From Candidatus Woesearchaeota archaeon (lineage in GTDB: Archaea; Nanobdellota; Nanobdellia; Woesearchaeales; JACQSR01): DNA of 64,000 nt. Location: positions 14,980-78,979 of the forward strand of contig JACQSR010000014.1 of the NCBI GenBank assembly GCA_016211215.1. Direction: 5' to 3'. Under the pieces are notes generated by a model, which ran no database searches, was not told where the DNA came from, and saw only the letters and a list, made by a program, of their open reading frames with translations. Position numbers and translations under genes: made by a program. Positions within the stretch are counted from its first letter, which is position 1, and each line of letters begins with the position of its first letter. Below, in pieces: positions 47,973-58,817 of this stretch.

Positions 47973-49652
47973 TTAGCTCAAATCAGTAACTGCTCCTTTG
48001 TCAGCTGACGAGACGTTTTTTGCATATTTGTAAAGCACCCCTCTTTTGTATTTCAGCCCGGGAGCTTTCCATGACTTCAGGCGCTTTTTTATCCCGTCTT
48101 CGGGGATGTTGAGCCGCAGCGACTGCCTGTCTGCGTCGATGGTTATGGAATCGCCTTCCCTGATGATTGCGATTGGGCCTCCCACCTGGGCTTCCGGGCA
48201 AACGTGGCCAACAACCAATCCGTGAGTGCCTCCTGAAAACCTGCCATCCGTGATTAATCCCACTTTGTCGCCAAGGCCTTTTCCGACGATTGCTGATGTC
48301 GGGGCAAGCATCTCGCGCATTCCAGGACCGCCTTTCGGGCCTTCATACCGTATTACAATAACATCTCCGCTTTTGATTCTGCCCTTCAATATCGATTCCA
48401 AAGCAGCCTCTTCTGAATCGAACACCTTTGCAGGGCCGGTTATTGAAGTTGAATTTAATCCTGAGACCTTTGCAACTGCGCCGTTAGGGGCAAGATTGCC
48501 GCGCAAAATTACTATTGGTCCTGTTGGCCTGAGAGGATGCCTTAAATCACGAATTATTTCCTGATGCGCCTTCAGTGGAGGCACATTCCGCAGGTTTTCA
48601 GCCAATGTTTTTCCCGTCACAGTAATGCAGTCACCGTGCAACAGCCCTGCATCGAGAAGCATCTTCATAACGCCGGTTATTCCGCCAACCTTGTACAAGT
48701 CATACATCACATATTTTCCGGACGGCTTAAGGTCTGCAAGATGGGGGACTTTTTTTGAAATCCTGTCGAAGTCATCAAGGGTCACACTAACCCCGACGGT
48801 GTGCCCCATTGCAATTAAGTGCAACACGGCATTTGTTGAGCCTCCAAGCGCCATCACCAGGGAGATTGCGTTCTCAAACGCTTTTTTGGTCATGATATCT
48901 TTTGGGGTGATGCCTTTTTCCATAAGATTCATCACGGCCTTCGCTGCATTGTAGCATTCCTCTTTCTTTTTCTGGTCTTCAGCAGGAGTTGATGCTCCAC
49001 CCGGCAGCGACATTCCCAAAGCTTCTATGGCAGAGGCCATCGTGTTTGCGGTGTACATTCCGCCACAGCTTCCGGCGCCCGGGCATGCACGGCACTCTAT
49101 CTCATGGAGGTCTTCCTTCGAAATCTTCTTTGCGCTGTACTGCCCCACAGCCTCGAAGATGCTTACTATGTCTATATCCTTTCCATGGTATTTTCCCGGC
49201 AGTATAGTGCCGCCATAAACAAAGACAGAGGGGATGTTAAGCCTCGACATGGCCATAACGCACCCGGGCATGTTCTTGTCGCAGCCGCCGATTGCGATTA
49301 AGCCGTCAAACCTCTCAGCCTGTGAAACAGTTTCAACTGAATCCGCAATTATTTCCCTTGAACTCAATGAGAATTTCATTCCTTCCGTGCCCATGGAAAT
49401 TCCGTCGCTTACAGTAATTGTCCCAAAAGTAAGCCCTGCACCGCCATTTTCCCTTATGCCGCGCCTTGCCTCTATTGCGAGCTTGTCTATGTGCATGTTG
49501 CACGGCGTAACATCAGACCATGTGGAAGCAACGCCAATAATCGGCTTGCTGAAATCTTCGTCTTTAAATCCAACGGCGCGAAGCATGCCGCGGTTTGGGG
49601 CTCTTGAGTCTCCCTCTGTCAGAACCGATGATTTAGTTTTGAGCGTTTTCAT
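47973..49652 (-). CDS. ilvD: dihydroxy-acid dehydratase
   Basis: [30 protein letters not shown]. Confidence 0.98.
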   Translation of the reverse strand: MKTLKTKSSVLTEGDSRAPNRGMLRAVGFKDEDFSKPIIGVASTWSDVTPCNMHIDKLAIEARRGIRENGGAGLTFGTITVSDGISMGTEGMKFSLSSREIIADSVETVSQAERFDGLIAIGGCDKNMPGCVMAMSRLNIPSVFVYGGTILPGKYHGKDIDIVSIFEAVGQYSAKKISKEDLHEIECRACPGAGSCGGMYTANTMASAIEALGMSLPGGASTPAEDQKKKEECYNAAKAVMNLMEKGITPKDIMTKKAFENAISLVMALGGSTNAVLHLIAMGHTVGVSVTLDDFDRISKKVPHLADLKPSGKYVMYDLYKVGGITGVMKMLLDAGLLHGDCITVTGKTLAENLRNVPPLKAHQEIIRDLRHPLRPTGPIVILRGNLAPNGAVAKVSGLNSTSITGPAKVFDSEEAALESILKGRIKSGDVIVIRYEGPKGGPGMREMLAPTSAIVGKGLGDKVGLITDGRFSGGTHGLVVGHVCPEAQVGGPIAIIREGDSITIDADRQSLRLNIPEDGIKKRLKSWKAPGLKYKRGVLYKYAKNVSSADKGAVTDLS

Positions 49653-50245
49653 TCAAATCCGCCTGTGTAAGGCAATTTGCCGTGGATGTTTTTTGCCAGA
49701 TTTTTATTGCTTAGCATTTCCCCCAGCACATCCCATGTTCCCTGCGTAAGGCTCTTTTTATCCCTTGCTGTAACCCCAATTGAAAAATCCCCATATTCAA
49801 CCCTGTCGTTTTCTATGTCAATCCTTATTTCCGCATCTGGGTTTTCCCTGATGAATTCCATGAGATTTTTTATGTCTTCCTGTTTTGCAGCCACGATGGG
49901 AATTCCGTTTGCGATGCAGTTTCCGGCGAATATTTCAGCGAAGCTTTCACCGATTATTGCTTTTATTCCGAAACCTATCAACGCAGCTGGTGCATGCTCC
50001 CTGCTGGAGCCGCATCCGAAGTTTTTGTTGACAACCAGAATTGATGCCCCCCGGTATTTTTTGTCATTGAATGGGTGCCTGAGCGGTTTTCCCTTCCCGT
50101 CAAAGCGGGCATCCTGGAATGCATACTGGCCAAGTTTGCTGAAGTCCAGCACTTTCATGTACCTTGCGGGAATAATCCTGTCAGTATCTATATCATCTCC
50201 TTCCACAAATATACCGCGGCCCTTGACTTCGGTGATTTTGGTCAT
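49649..50245 (-). CDS. leuD: 3-isopropylmalate dehydratase small subunit
   Basis: [26 protein letters not shown]. Confidence 0.96.
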   Translation of the reverse strand: MTKITEVKGRGIFVEGDDIDTDRIIPARYMKVLDFSKLGQYAFQDARFDGKGKPLRHPFNDKKYRGASILVVNKNFGCGSSREHAPAALIGFGIKAIIGESFAEIFAGNCIANGIPIVAAKQEDIKNLMEFIRENPDAEIRIDIENDRVEYGDFSIGVTARDKKSLTQGTWDVLGEMLSNKNLAKNIHGKLPYTGGFE

Positions 50246-50345
50246 GATGCCATTAAGGGTTATTAGGGGGTTTTATAAATATTGTTGGCAAATGGAGAAT
50301 AATAGCAGATCGCATTAATAATTGGACATTTGTGCGCTCTGCTAG

Positions 50346-50394
50346 TATAGTAAAGTGCAATAATAAAGTTCCAATATTTATGCACTTTACTATA
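50346..50394. repeat. 14-bp-arm inverted repeat upstream of the TA operon
   Basis: TATAGTAAAGTGCA...TGCACTTTACTATA. Confidence 0.75.
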
Positions 50395-50461
50395 ACATTG
50401 GAAAACAGCAATATTTATATACTAGTTATAACTACTATATAAGGTACGAGAGGTGATAAGT

Positions 50462-50692
50462 ATGCCAACAACAGTTCAACTGAAAGACCAAACACTTGAA
50501 AGATTAAAATACTTTAAAGAAGCATCTAAAGAGAGCTACGATGAGATTATTAACAAAATTCTTGATGATGTTGAAGAAGGCGAGCTGAGTGATGAAACTA
50601 TTGAGGACTTGAAAAAGGGTATTCGTGAAATAAGGGGGGGGAAAGGCGAAAGTATTGAAGATGTTGCAAAAGAGCTGGGTATTAAGTTATGA
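50462..50692 (+). CDS. RHH-like antitoxin
   Basis: TTVQLKDQTLERLK...ESYDEII...IEDVAKELG; overlaps relE. Confidence 0.8.
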   Translation: MPTTVQLKDQTLERLKYFKEASKESYDEIINKILDDVEEGELSDETIEDLKKGIREIRGGKGESIEDVAKELGIKL

Positions 50693-50940
50693 GATTTGTA
50701 ATCCAGCCTTCAGCAAAGAAGGAGTTAAAGAAGCTTGACAGGCAAATAATCGAGGTAATCCTGAAAAAGTTCTATTCGATACAAAATAATCCTTTGCCTA
50801 ACTTAATCAGACTGAAAAACAGCCCTTTCTGGAAATTGAGGATTGGGGATTACAGGGCAATTGTTGTTATAAACACGAAGGACCAGATAGTTAATGTCAT
50901 AAAGATTGGCCACAGAAAAAATATCTATAAGAGATTGTGA
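50689..50940 (+). CDS. RelE/ParE family toxin
   Basis: AKKELKKLD, KLRIGDYR, IGHRKNIY. Confidence 0.92.
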   Translation: MRFVIQPSAKKELKKLDRQIIEVILKKFYSIQNNPLPNLIRLKNSPFWKLRIGDYRAIVVINTKDQIVNVIKIGHRKNIYKRL

Positions 50941-51008
50941 TTCCCATATAATGGGTACTTTTTGGTACAGATGTAACAAACATATGGTTGCGTTTGTAAC
51001 TAACCTTC

Positions 51009-52376
51009 CTAAAGGTAATCCCTCACATCCGCAACCTTTCCCTCGCACGCCGCGATTGCCACCATGGCAGGGCTCATTAACAGGGTTCTTCCAGTCGGGC
51101 TTCCCTGACGGCCCTTGAAATTCCTGTTTGATGTTGACGCGCAAACTTCATCTCCAATTAATTTGTCAGGGTTCATTGCAAGGCACATACTGCATCCGGC
51201 ATTGCGCCATTGGAATCCTGATTTTTTGAAAATTTCATCAAGGCCTTCCGATTCTGCCTGCATCCTGACCTGCTCAGAGCCGGGAACAACCAATGCACGG
51301 ACTCCATTGTGAACCTTCCTTCCATTGACAATTTTAGCGGCTTCCCTCAAGTCTGAAATCCTTGAATTTGTGCAGGAGCCTATGAATGCAACGTTGATTT
51401 TTTTTCCTTTTATTTGTTCTCCCTTCCTGAATTTCATGTACTGCAACGCCTCTTCATCCGCATCATCCGGTATTTTTTCATTTACAGATATGCTCTGGCC
51501 CGGGTTTATTCCATAAGTAACTATAGGCTCTATTTTGCTTCCGTCCAACTTAATTTCATCATCATATCCTGCGTTCCTGTCAGATTTTACCGAATCCCAG
51601 AATTTTACTGCTTTGCTGAAGTTTTTCGGGGCAAACTCCCTGCCTTTCAGGTAGTCGTATGTTGTTTCGTCAGGGTTCACATATCCCATTCTTGCTCCGC
51701 CTTCAATTGACATATTGCAGACGGTCATTCTCTCTTCCATTGAGAAATTGTCCAAGACATTTCCGGCGTATTCGTATGCATACCCTATTCCGCCCTTGAC
51801 GCCTAAATTATTGATTATTTTCAGTATGACATCCTTTGCGTAAACGCCTTTTTGCAGTTTTCCGCTTACATTAATCCTTCTGAGCTTCGGCTTTGACGCT
51901 GCAAGGCATCCCGTTGCAAGTATGTCGCGTATCTGCGAAGTTCCGACGCCCATCGCTATTGCTCCAAACGCCCCGTGAGTTGATGTGTGGCTGTCTCCGC
52001 ATGCTATTGTCATGCCGGGCTGTGTTAAACCCAATTCGGGGCCTATTATGTGGACAATTCCGTGCTTTTTGCTGCCCAACCCGTAAAACCGGATTTTGCT
52101 GCTTTTTGTGTTTTCCTCCAGCGCCTTCAGCATTTCCTCCGCAAGCCTGTCCCTGAACGGCCTTGACAGAATGTCGGTCGGAATTATGTGGTCGGCAGTT
52201 GCAGCGCAGTTTTCAGGGAACATCACCTTAAGATTTTTCTCCCTCAGCACGGAGAATGCCTGCGGGCTCGTTACCTCATGTATCAGGTGCAATCCTATGA
52301 AAATCTGGTCTAACCCGGACTTTAAAGTTGCGACCTTGTGCATTTTCCAGACTTTGTCTAACAGACTTTCTCCCAT
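51009..52376 (-). CDS. leuC: 3-isopropylmalate dehydratase large subunit
   Basis: [39 protein letters not shown]; start set at MGESLL. Confidence 0.97.
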   Translation of the reverse strand: MGESLLDKVWKMHKVATLKSGLDQIFIGLHLIHEVTSPQAFSVLREKNLKVMFPENCAATADHIIPTDILSRPFRDRLAEEMLKALEENTKSSKIRFYGLGSKKHGIVHIIGPELGLTQPGMTIACGDSHTSTHGAFGAIAMGVGTSQIRDILATGCLAASKPKLRRINVSGKLQKGVYAKDVILKIINNLGVKGGIGYAYEYAGNVLDNFSMEERMTVCNMSIEGGARMGYVNPDETTYDYLKGREFAPKNFSKAVKFWDSVKSDRNAGYDDEIKLDGSKIEPIVTYGINPGQSISVNEKIPDDADEEALQYMKFRKGEQIKGKKINVAFIGSCTNSRISDLREAAKIVNGRKVHNGVRALVVPGSEQVRMQAESEGLDEIFKKSGFQWRNAGCSMCLAMNPDKLIGDEVCASTSNRNFKGRQGSPTGRTLLMSPAMVAIAACEGKVADVRDYL

Positions 52377-52415
52377 GAATTTTGATAACATTGGGCTATT
52401 TTTAAAGGTAAGGAT

Positions 52416-53300
52416 TTAGATTAGCAAAAGTTGGCGCTGCTCTTTAGCCGCCTTCAAGCCCTTTCTGCCAGCAGGAATCAGGGTAAATCCTCCCCTGATA
52501 ATATTGTCTCCCAACATCATCTGCCTAATATGATCGTGCAGACCCTGCTGGATTTGTCTGTAAATCTCTGCTTTCCTTGAGCTGTCCCCTTCCTCTGGAG
52601 GATTAAATCTCAAGAAATCCCACAAATAGCCCTGAACCAGCGGCCTCTCATCCGGAATTCCTTTTGAGGATGGAACCTTACTGAAACGGCATACTTCTAT
52701 GCTCCGAGAACTAGGATTATAATACAAGATAAAGGAACCTTGAAAGGGTATAACAGTTTCCCATTCCGCCCGCGTCAGTATCTTGTATTTTTCCCTCTCG
52801 TAATCCCCTAATTCTTGATATAGCTTTTGGGCCCTCCCGAAGGCTTGTCTTGTTGTTGCTGCATTAAATATCCCTTTTATTTCCTCAATTTCTTCCGCTG
52901 TCACACTTTTATCGCCAATCATGTATGCGACTATATCCTCTACCGTTTCCTTTATTGTTCCGAGCAGACGCGCCTGCCTCAAGAAGGGCCCCTCATACCT
53001 TTTCTTTGCACGGTCGTAGTCTATCGCCCTGGGAAAAATAAATCCAACTCTATTGCCGGGACTGGCTCTGTCAATCCTTGACTGCAGATAACTTTGTAAA
53101 CCGGTATTTTCAATCGTTGAAACGTCTGTAATCACATCAAGCGAGAAGTGGGTTTTCTTTAAGCCAGAGCGGATTCCGTTCCCTTCAAATATATGGGAGT
53201 AATCAGTTTGAGAATCACCCATATTAGCGAGCATTAGATTATTTTTTACATATGCAATCATTGAATGCACTACTTGCTCATTGGTTAACATCTCTGCCAT
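52416..53300 (-). CDS. hypothetical protein
   Basis: 294-aa ORF, no recognised motif. Confidence 0.55.
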   Translation of the reverse strand: MAEMLTNEQVVHSMIAYVKNNLMLANMGDSQTDYSHIFEGNGIRSGLKKTHFSLDVITDVSTIENTGLQSYLQSRIDRASPGNRVGFIFPRAIDYDRAKKRYEGPFLRQARLLGTIKETVEDIVAYMIGDKSVTAEEIEEIKGIFNAATTRQAFGRAQKLYQELGDYEREKYKILTRAEWETVIPFQGSFILYYNPSSRSIEVCRFSKVPSSKGIPDERPLVQGYLWDFLRFNPPEEGDSSRKAEIYRQIQQGLHDHIRQMMLGDNIIRGGFTLIPAGRKGLKAAKEQRQLLLI

Positions 53301-53412
53301 ACTCTTAACGAATCTATACCAGTATAAGAAAGTTTACATCCCCCCATTATTGCCTAAAATGTATCCCTATTTCTTTGGCAACTTTTTTATATACCTGCCG
53401 GCTTAATAGGCT

Positions 53413-53898
53413 ATGGACTTCATTGCGCACGGATTTTGGAGTTATATTATCTTTCACAGGACAAAGAAGGCGTTATATGCAGTGTTTTTCGGACTGCTTC
53501 CCGACATTGTTTCATGGGGTCCTTATTTCTTCTACAGGCTTTTCACCGGAGCTTCCTTCGGTAAGCCGGATATTTCCCAAATACCAAGCTGGACATACAC
53601 TCTTTACGGTATTGGGCACAGCCTGATTGTGTGGCTTGCAATAATTGGAATTGTTTATTTAATCCTGAGAAGGGTTCCGGTTTATCTCTATGCAGCACCG
53701 CTGGAGGTTCTGATGGACATACCGACTCACTCGCAGGAATTTCTTCCAACACCATTTCTCTGGCCGGTTTCTGACTGGGCATTTCCCGGAATAAGCTGGG
53801 GACAGTGGTGGTTTATGGTTTTGAATTATAGTTTGATAGCTATATTCATGGTTTATATTTTGAACGAGAAGAGAACAGAAAAGATTAAGAATAAGTAA
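53413..53898 (+). CDS. membrane protein, metal-dependent hydrolase-like
   Basis: AHG, LPD, GHSL, MDIPTH, PFLWP. Confidence 0.75.
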   Translation: MDFIAHGFWSYIIFHRTKKALYAVFFGLLPDIVSWGPYFFYRLFTGASFGKPDISQIPSWTYTLYGIGHSLIVWLAIIGIVYLILRRVPVYLYAAPLEVLMDIPTHSQEFLPTPFLWPVSDWAFPGISWGQWWFMVLNYSLIAIFMVYILNEKRTEKIKNK

Positions 53899-53912
53899 GA
53901 TTCCCTTAGAGC

Positions 53913-54014
53913 ATGGATATGAAAAAATTGCTAAAAGAAGGCTACATTGAAATGGCGGAAGAATCCCTGAGAATATGCAAAGAATGGGAAGCTGTTGATG
54001 AGGAATGGGGATAG
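53913..54014 (+). CDS. 33-aa orphan resembling the MazE/NdoAI antitoxin C-terminus
   Basis: MDMKKLLKEGYIEMAEESLRICKEWEAVDEEWG. Confidence 0.5.
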   Translation: MDMKKLLKEGYIEMAEESLRICKEWEAVDEEWG

Positions 54015-54108
54015 CCCAAAAGATAAAGCCCCGATTTGTAGTCGCTTCTCCAATGAAACTTTTTCTGCATTGCAAAACCTTATAAAGTTGTCCTTACTGC
54101 TAAGTAGT

Positions 54109-55152
54109 ATGAAAAGTGCAAAGGTTTTTGCTCCTGCAACCATCGCAAATATCGGCCCCGGTTTTGATATTTTTGGGGTTGCTTTGGACGAGCCAGGCGA
54201 TATTGTTCTTGCAGTCGAATCAGAAGCAAATATAGGGGTGAAACTTGTTGACATAATCAACAACCCCGGACTGCCTTACGGCCCTGAAAATGTTGTTGAA
54301 GCAGTTGGCGCAAAAGTCCTTGAGGCTTCCGGAGAAAGCAAGGGCATTGAGCTTATTCTTCAGAAAAACATGAAAATTGGAACGGGCATGGGAAGCAGCG
54401 CTTCAAGTGCTGTTGCTGCCGCGCTTGCGGTAAATTCTGTTCTTGACAAGCCCTTCAGGAGAAATGACCCGGTAATAATAGATGCTGTTGTCTATGGAGA
54501 AGCAGTTGCAACCAAAAGCCAAAGAGGGCATCCCGACAATGTTTTGCCGTCTCTGCTTGGCGGATTTGTATTCATATACGACTCAAATAATTTTGCTCAT
54601 CGAAGGTACGAAATCAAAGACTCTCCTTACCTTGTTGTTGTAGCCCCTGACTTAAGGGTTGATACCGGAGATGCAAGAAGAGCCTTGAAGGATGCACCAT
54701 ACGATATTTCTAAGTTAGTTTCCCTAAGCCAAAGATTTGTGATTTGGGGCAGATTGGACGAATCTTTTATGCCTACTGAAAAAGCAGTAAAATCTGGCGG
54801 TTCTGTCTCGGTGGTTGAAGAATACCTAAATGGTGCATTGATGGTTGCTGAAGGACTTCAGGAAGGTGATTTTGAAAAAGTGGGTAAAGGAATGATGATG
54901 GATGGCATAGTAACTCCTGTAAGGGAAAAATTTATTCCGGGATATGACAGAGCAAAATCTGAAGCCCTGAATGCAGGCGCTTATGGATTTACAATCTCAG
55001 GCTCAGGACCTTCTGTTGCCATGGTTGTGCGAGATGATGCACTTTCCGCCTGTAAGGTACAGGGCGCAGTAATCAATGCATTTAAGGCAGAAGGCATCAG
55101 TGCTGTTGGTTACATTTCCAAAGTAAACAATAACGGCGCAAGGTTACTTTAA
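54109..55152 (+). CDS. thrB: homoserine kinase (GHMP family)
   Basis: APATIANIGPGFD, GMGSSASS, HPDNV, ISGSGPS; start at ATG 54109 after TTATAA. Confidence 0.92.
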   Translation: MKSAKVFAPATIANIGPGFDIFGVALDEPGDIVLAVESEANIGVKLVDIINNPGLPYGPENVVEAVGAKVLEASGESKGIELILQKNMKIGTGMGSSASSAVAAALAVNSVLDKPFRRNDPVIIDAVVYGEAVATKSQRGHPDNVLPSLLGGFVFIYDSNNFAHRRYEIKDSPYLVVVAPDLRVDTGDARRALKDAPYDISKLVSLSQRFVIWGRLDESFMPTEKAVKSGGSVSVVEEYLNGALMVAEGLQEGDFEKVGKGMMMDGIVTPVREKFIPGYDRAKSEALNAGAYGFTISGSGPSVAMVVRDDALSACKVQGAVINAFKAEGISAVGYISKVNNNGARLL

Positions 55153-55154
55153 GT

Positions 55155-56129
55155 TTATCTCTTCTTAAACAACTCCCGTATTTCCTTCCCAACAACTTCT
55201 ATCGGGTGCTTTGCCTCTTCTTCGCGCAATCTTTTCAGGTTTGGAAGTCCTTTTTTGTTTTCGGCAATCCATTCTTCCGCGAACTTTCCGTTTTCAACGT
55301 TCTTCAGGATTTCCTTCATGTTTTTCCTTACTTCGTCAGTTATTATCATCTTGCCCCTGGTACGGCCACCATACTCAGCGGTGTTGGAAACAACGTCCCA
55401 CATCCTTGTCAAGCCGCCTTCGTGCACAAGGTCAACAATCAGCTTCATTTCATGCAGACACTCAAAATATGCCATTTCAGGTGGATAGCCCTTTTCCACA
55501 AGAGTTTCAAAGCCTGCCTTAATCAGTTCCGCAAGGCCTCCGCACAGAACTGCCTGCTCCCCGAAGAGGTCTTCAAATGTTTCATCCTCAAATGTGCAGT
55601 CAATGACTCCTGCACGGGTAAATCCGCACGCTGATGCCATAGCAAGCGCAGTCTGCCTTGCGTTTCCCGAAGCATCCTGTGCAACTGCAATCAGCGCTGG
55701 CACCCCATACCCTTCCACAAACCTTTTTCTCTCTTCGGTTCCCGGCGCCTTGGGAGCAACCATTATTGCGTCAACGCCGGCGGGAGGAACAATTCTCCTG
55801 AACACGAAATTAAACCCGTGGCTCCATGACAGGGTCTTTCCGGGAGCAACGTGCTGTTTAATCTCCTTCTCATAAACATCCTTTTGGTTCTCGTCGGGAA
55901 TCAGTATGTGGATTATGTCTGCCTTTTCTGCAGCTTCCGAAACGGGCATTACCTTTACGCCATCGTTTTTCGCCTGCTCAAAAGACTTTCCCTGCCTGCA
56001 CCCAACGATTACACTGACGCCAGAATCTTTCATGCACAACGCCTGAGCACGGCCCTGGGCGCCATACCCCATTACAGCAATAGTCCTGCCCTTCAGCACA
56101 TCAAGATTTCCTTTTTTTATTATGTTCAT
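55155..56129 (-). CDS. ilvC: ketol-acid reductoisomerase
   Basis: GYGAQG, HGFN, MVAPKAPG, DLFGEQAVLCGG. Confidence 0.97.
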   Translation of the reverse strand: MNIIKKGNLDVLKGRTIAVMGYGAQGRAQALCMKDSGVSVIVGCRQGKSFEQAKNDGVKVMPVSEAAEKADIIHILIPDENQKDVYEKEIKQHVAPGKTLSWSHGFNFVFRRIVPPAGVDAIMVAPKAPGTEERKRFVEGYGVPALIAVAQDASGNARQTALAMASACGFTRAGVIDCTFEDETFEDLFGEQAVLCGGLAELIKAGFETLVEKGYPPEMAYFECLHEMKLIVDLVHEGGLTRMWDVVSNTAEYGGRTRGKMIITDEVRKNMKEILKNVENGKFAEEWIAENKKGLPNLKRLREEEAKHPIEVVGKEIRELFKKR

Positions 56130-56140
56130 GTTGTACCACC

Positions 56141-57283
56141 CTATTTATTTTGATGCAATTCTTCGCATTTCTTCGCAATCGCAGTTCCCATATCGGAGCA
56201 TTTGCTTGAGCCGCCCATGTCCTTGGTCTTAACTTTTCCATCTCTGATAACTTCCTGGACTGCGTTTAGCATCAGGTCTGCAGACTTCTGCATTTTCAGC
56301 TCCGAAAGCATTAGAGAGCCAGCCCATATTGTTGCAAGGGGATTTGCAACATTTAATCCCCTGTACTTTGGAGCAGAGCCGTGAATGGGCTCGAACATTG
56401 AGATTCCATCCGGATTAATGTTGCCTCCGGGAGCCAGCCCAAGACCACCCTGAATCATTGCCCCCAGGTCAGTTATAATGTCCCCGAACATGTTTGGCGC
56501 AACAACCATCTGGAACCACTCTGGATTTTTCACAAACCACATTGTGATTGCATCAACATAATTAAAGTCATATTCTATGCCGGGATACTTTTTCGCAACC
56601 TCGTCAACGGTTTCGCGCCAGAAGGAATAAACGCTGTCCAGTACATTTGCCTTGTCAACTGCGGTAACCTTTGTCTTTTTGTTTTTCCTTGCGCGCTCGA
56701 ATGCATATTCAATCACGCGCCTGGAGCCTTTTTTTGACAAAACCCCGATTTGATACGCTATTTCGGAGCCCTGCGTGTCAATGTCGAGGCCGAATTTAAC
56801 GCTGTACAGAGACCTTATGACTTCCAGCTCCTGCTTTGAGTTTCCAATCTTTGCCCTGTTTCCGATTCCAACGTAAAAATCCTCGGTGTTTTCCCTTACA
56901 ACTTCAAAGTTTATGTCCTTCGGCGTTTTGTTCTTTAACGGGCATTCAACACCATCCAATAATTTAATTGGCCTAAGGTTGACATACTGGTCAAAATAAA
57001 ACCTTGTTTTCAGCAGAATTCCTTTCTCAAGAATTCCGGGCTTAACGCGAGGGTCTCCAAGCGCTCCAAGATAAATGGCTTTGCAGGTCTTTTTGATTTC
57101 CTTTAGCGTGTCTTCAGTTATAAGCTCCCCGGTTTTGAGGTATCTGTCCGCGCCATTGTCATACCTAACCCATTCCACTTCAAAATTATGGAGCTCGGAA
57201 ACCTTGTTGATTACCTTTACGCCCTGCTCAATTATCTCAGGCCCAATGCCGTCGCCCGGCATCAGCGCAATTCTGTATTTCAT
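56141..57283 (-). CDS. leuB: 3-isopropylmalate dehydrogenase (beta-decarboxylating dehydrogenase family)
   Basis: [36 protein letters not shown]; leu/ilv context. Confidence 0.85.
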   Translation of the reverse strand: MKYRIALMPGDGIGPEIIEQGVKVINKVSELHNFEVEWVRYDNGADRYLKTGELITEDTLKEIKKTCKAIYLGALGDPRVKPGILEKGILLKTRFYFDQYVNLRPIKLLDGVECPLKNKTPKDINFEVVRENTEDFYVGIGNRAKIGNSKQELEVIRSLYSVKFGLDIDTQGSEIAYQIGVLSKKGSRRVIEYAFERARKNKKTKVTAVDKANVLDSVYSFWRETVDEVAKKYPGIEYDFNYVDAITMWFVKNPEWFQMVVAPNMFGDIITDLGAMIQGGLGLAPGGNINPDGISMFEPIHGSAPKYRGLNVANPLATIWAGSLMLSELKMQKSADLMLNAVQEVIRDGKVKTKDMGGSSKCSDMGTAIAKKCEELHQNK

Positions 57284-57369
57284 CTGGTCACGGAATTTAT
57301 AATGTTATATAAAGGTTATTGTGCTTGCCAATACAAAAGTTTAAGAATATTTGATGGGAATTTAGCGTC

Positions 57370-58329
57370 ATGAAAAGGATTATGTGCCTGATTCTGGTGC
57401 TTCTTGTGCTTGCAGGCTGCGCGAAGGAGCAGAAATCGAACCTTCGGCTGCCCTCTGAGAGTTTCGTGAGGCAGAACATAATGCCTTCCCCTCCTTTCGA
57501 AAACCTGCCGCAGGCAAAAGAGAGCGATTACGACATAAATGATATTCTTTTTGACGACATAATTCCCGGGATTGGCGCCGGAGACAAATTTGGCGAAGGC
57601 GCATGGAACAACAGGGTGCTTATTTCTGAATCCACGAATTCAAAGGTATGGAGCAAGAGGGCAAAGATTATAGCGGAGCAGGCGTCATATCCCGAGGCTT
57701 TTGTTGATAATGAAGGCAGGCTCAGGGTTTATTTTTCAGACTCCAAAAACAAGGGGACAAGCGTTGCAATATGGCACAACAGCAAGTGGATTTACAAGCA
57801 CGTCGGAATAGAGGAGGGTGTAAGCGACACCAGCATTACAGCTTCTGGCGACGGCAATTACAGGATGTACTACCAGATTGGAAACAGCATATTCAGCGCA
57901 AAATCAAGGAACGGGGTTTACTTTGAGAGGGAAACAGGGGTTAGATTGAGCGGAAACGACATAGGGGGATTTGATGTTTTTAAAATTCCGTCCGGATGGG
58001 AAATTATTGTTTCAGAAGGAGGCGAATTCTTCGCCTCAGATTCGCAGGACGGCCTTGCATTCGGAAACCTGGAAGACATTAGTATACATGGATTTGGAGG
58101 GGATGTATTAAGCGAAGGCGACAGCTACCGGCTGTTTTACGAGGACGATTACGCAAAGCAGCCTGCAGTATTCTCTGCCTCCTCAAAAGACGGGATTTCG
58201 TGGAGCAGGGATTCGGGAGTGAGGCTTATTGGGGGCTCGAAGCTCGACAAGAAGGGAGTATTCGGGCCGTCAGTTGCCAAGCTGGATGAAAAATCCTACA
58301 GGATGGCATATTATTCCAGGATAAATTAG
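57370..58329 (+). CDS. lipoprotein with beta-propeller glycosyl hydrolase-like repeats
   Basis: LAGC lipobox; repeated YRMYY/YRLFY...SAxSxDG.xW/F motifs. Confidence 0.65.
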   Translation: MKRIMCLILVLLVLAGCAKEQKSNLRLPSESFVRQNIMPSPPFENLPQAKESDYDINDILFDDIIPGIGAGDKFGEGAWNNRVLISESTNSKVWSKRAKIIAEQASYPEAFVDNEGRLRVYFSDSKNKGTSVAIWHNSKWIYKHVGIEEGVSDTSITASGDGNYRMYYQIGNSIFSAKSRNGVYFERETGVRLSGNDIGGFDVFKIPSGWEIIVSEGGEFFASDSQDGLAFGNLEDISIHGFGGDVLSEGDSYRLFYEDDYAKQPAVFSASSKDGISWSRDSGVRLIGGSKLDKKGVFGPSVAKLDEKSYRMAYYSRIN

Positions 58330-58817
58330 CTTTTTTTCGGGGATTCCCTTGAGATTCCCGTAACGCCTGTCCTGCTTACGTCCAGAATTCCGAAAGGAGA
58401 CATAAGCTCGAGAAAGGTGTCTATCTTCTGGGGTTCGCCCATTATCTCCAAAGTTATGGTCTTTGGCGTTATGTCCACTATCTTGTTCTTGTAGACATTT
58501 GCATATTTTATTATGTCTTCCTTCCTTTTTCTTCCGTTAATACTTATTTTTGCAAGGCACAACTCCCTTATCACGGAATCATCGGGCTTAAGCTCAAATA
58601 CGCTGATAACGTCTATGAGCTTGCCCACCTGCTTTTCCACCTGCTCCATTGTTTTATCGTCGCCAATTGCAGTGATGATTATCTTTGAAGCCCCCCGGGA
58701 ATTGGTTTTTCCAACTGTAATTGTATCTATGTTATAGCCGCGCCTTGCAAACAAGCCGGCAACGCGCGTCATCACGCCTGGCGCGTCATTTACAAGTATG
58801 CAGATTGTGTGCCTCAT
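58326..58817 (-). CDS. ilvN: acetolactate synthase small subunit
   Basis: PGVMTRVAGLFARRGYNID, RELCL, SRTG; start at ATG 58817. Confidence 0.95.
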   Translation of the reverse strand: MRHTICILVNDAPGVMTRVAGLFARRGYNIDTITVGKTNSRGASKIIITAIGDDKTMEQVEKQVGKLIDVISVFELKPDDSVIRELCLAKISINGRKRKEDIIKYANVYKNKIVDITPKTITLEIMGEPQKIDTFLELMSPFGILDVSRTGVTGISRESPKKS

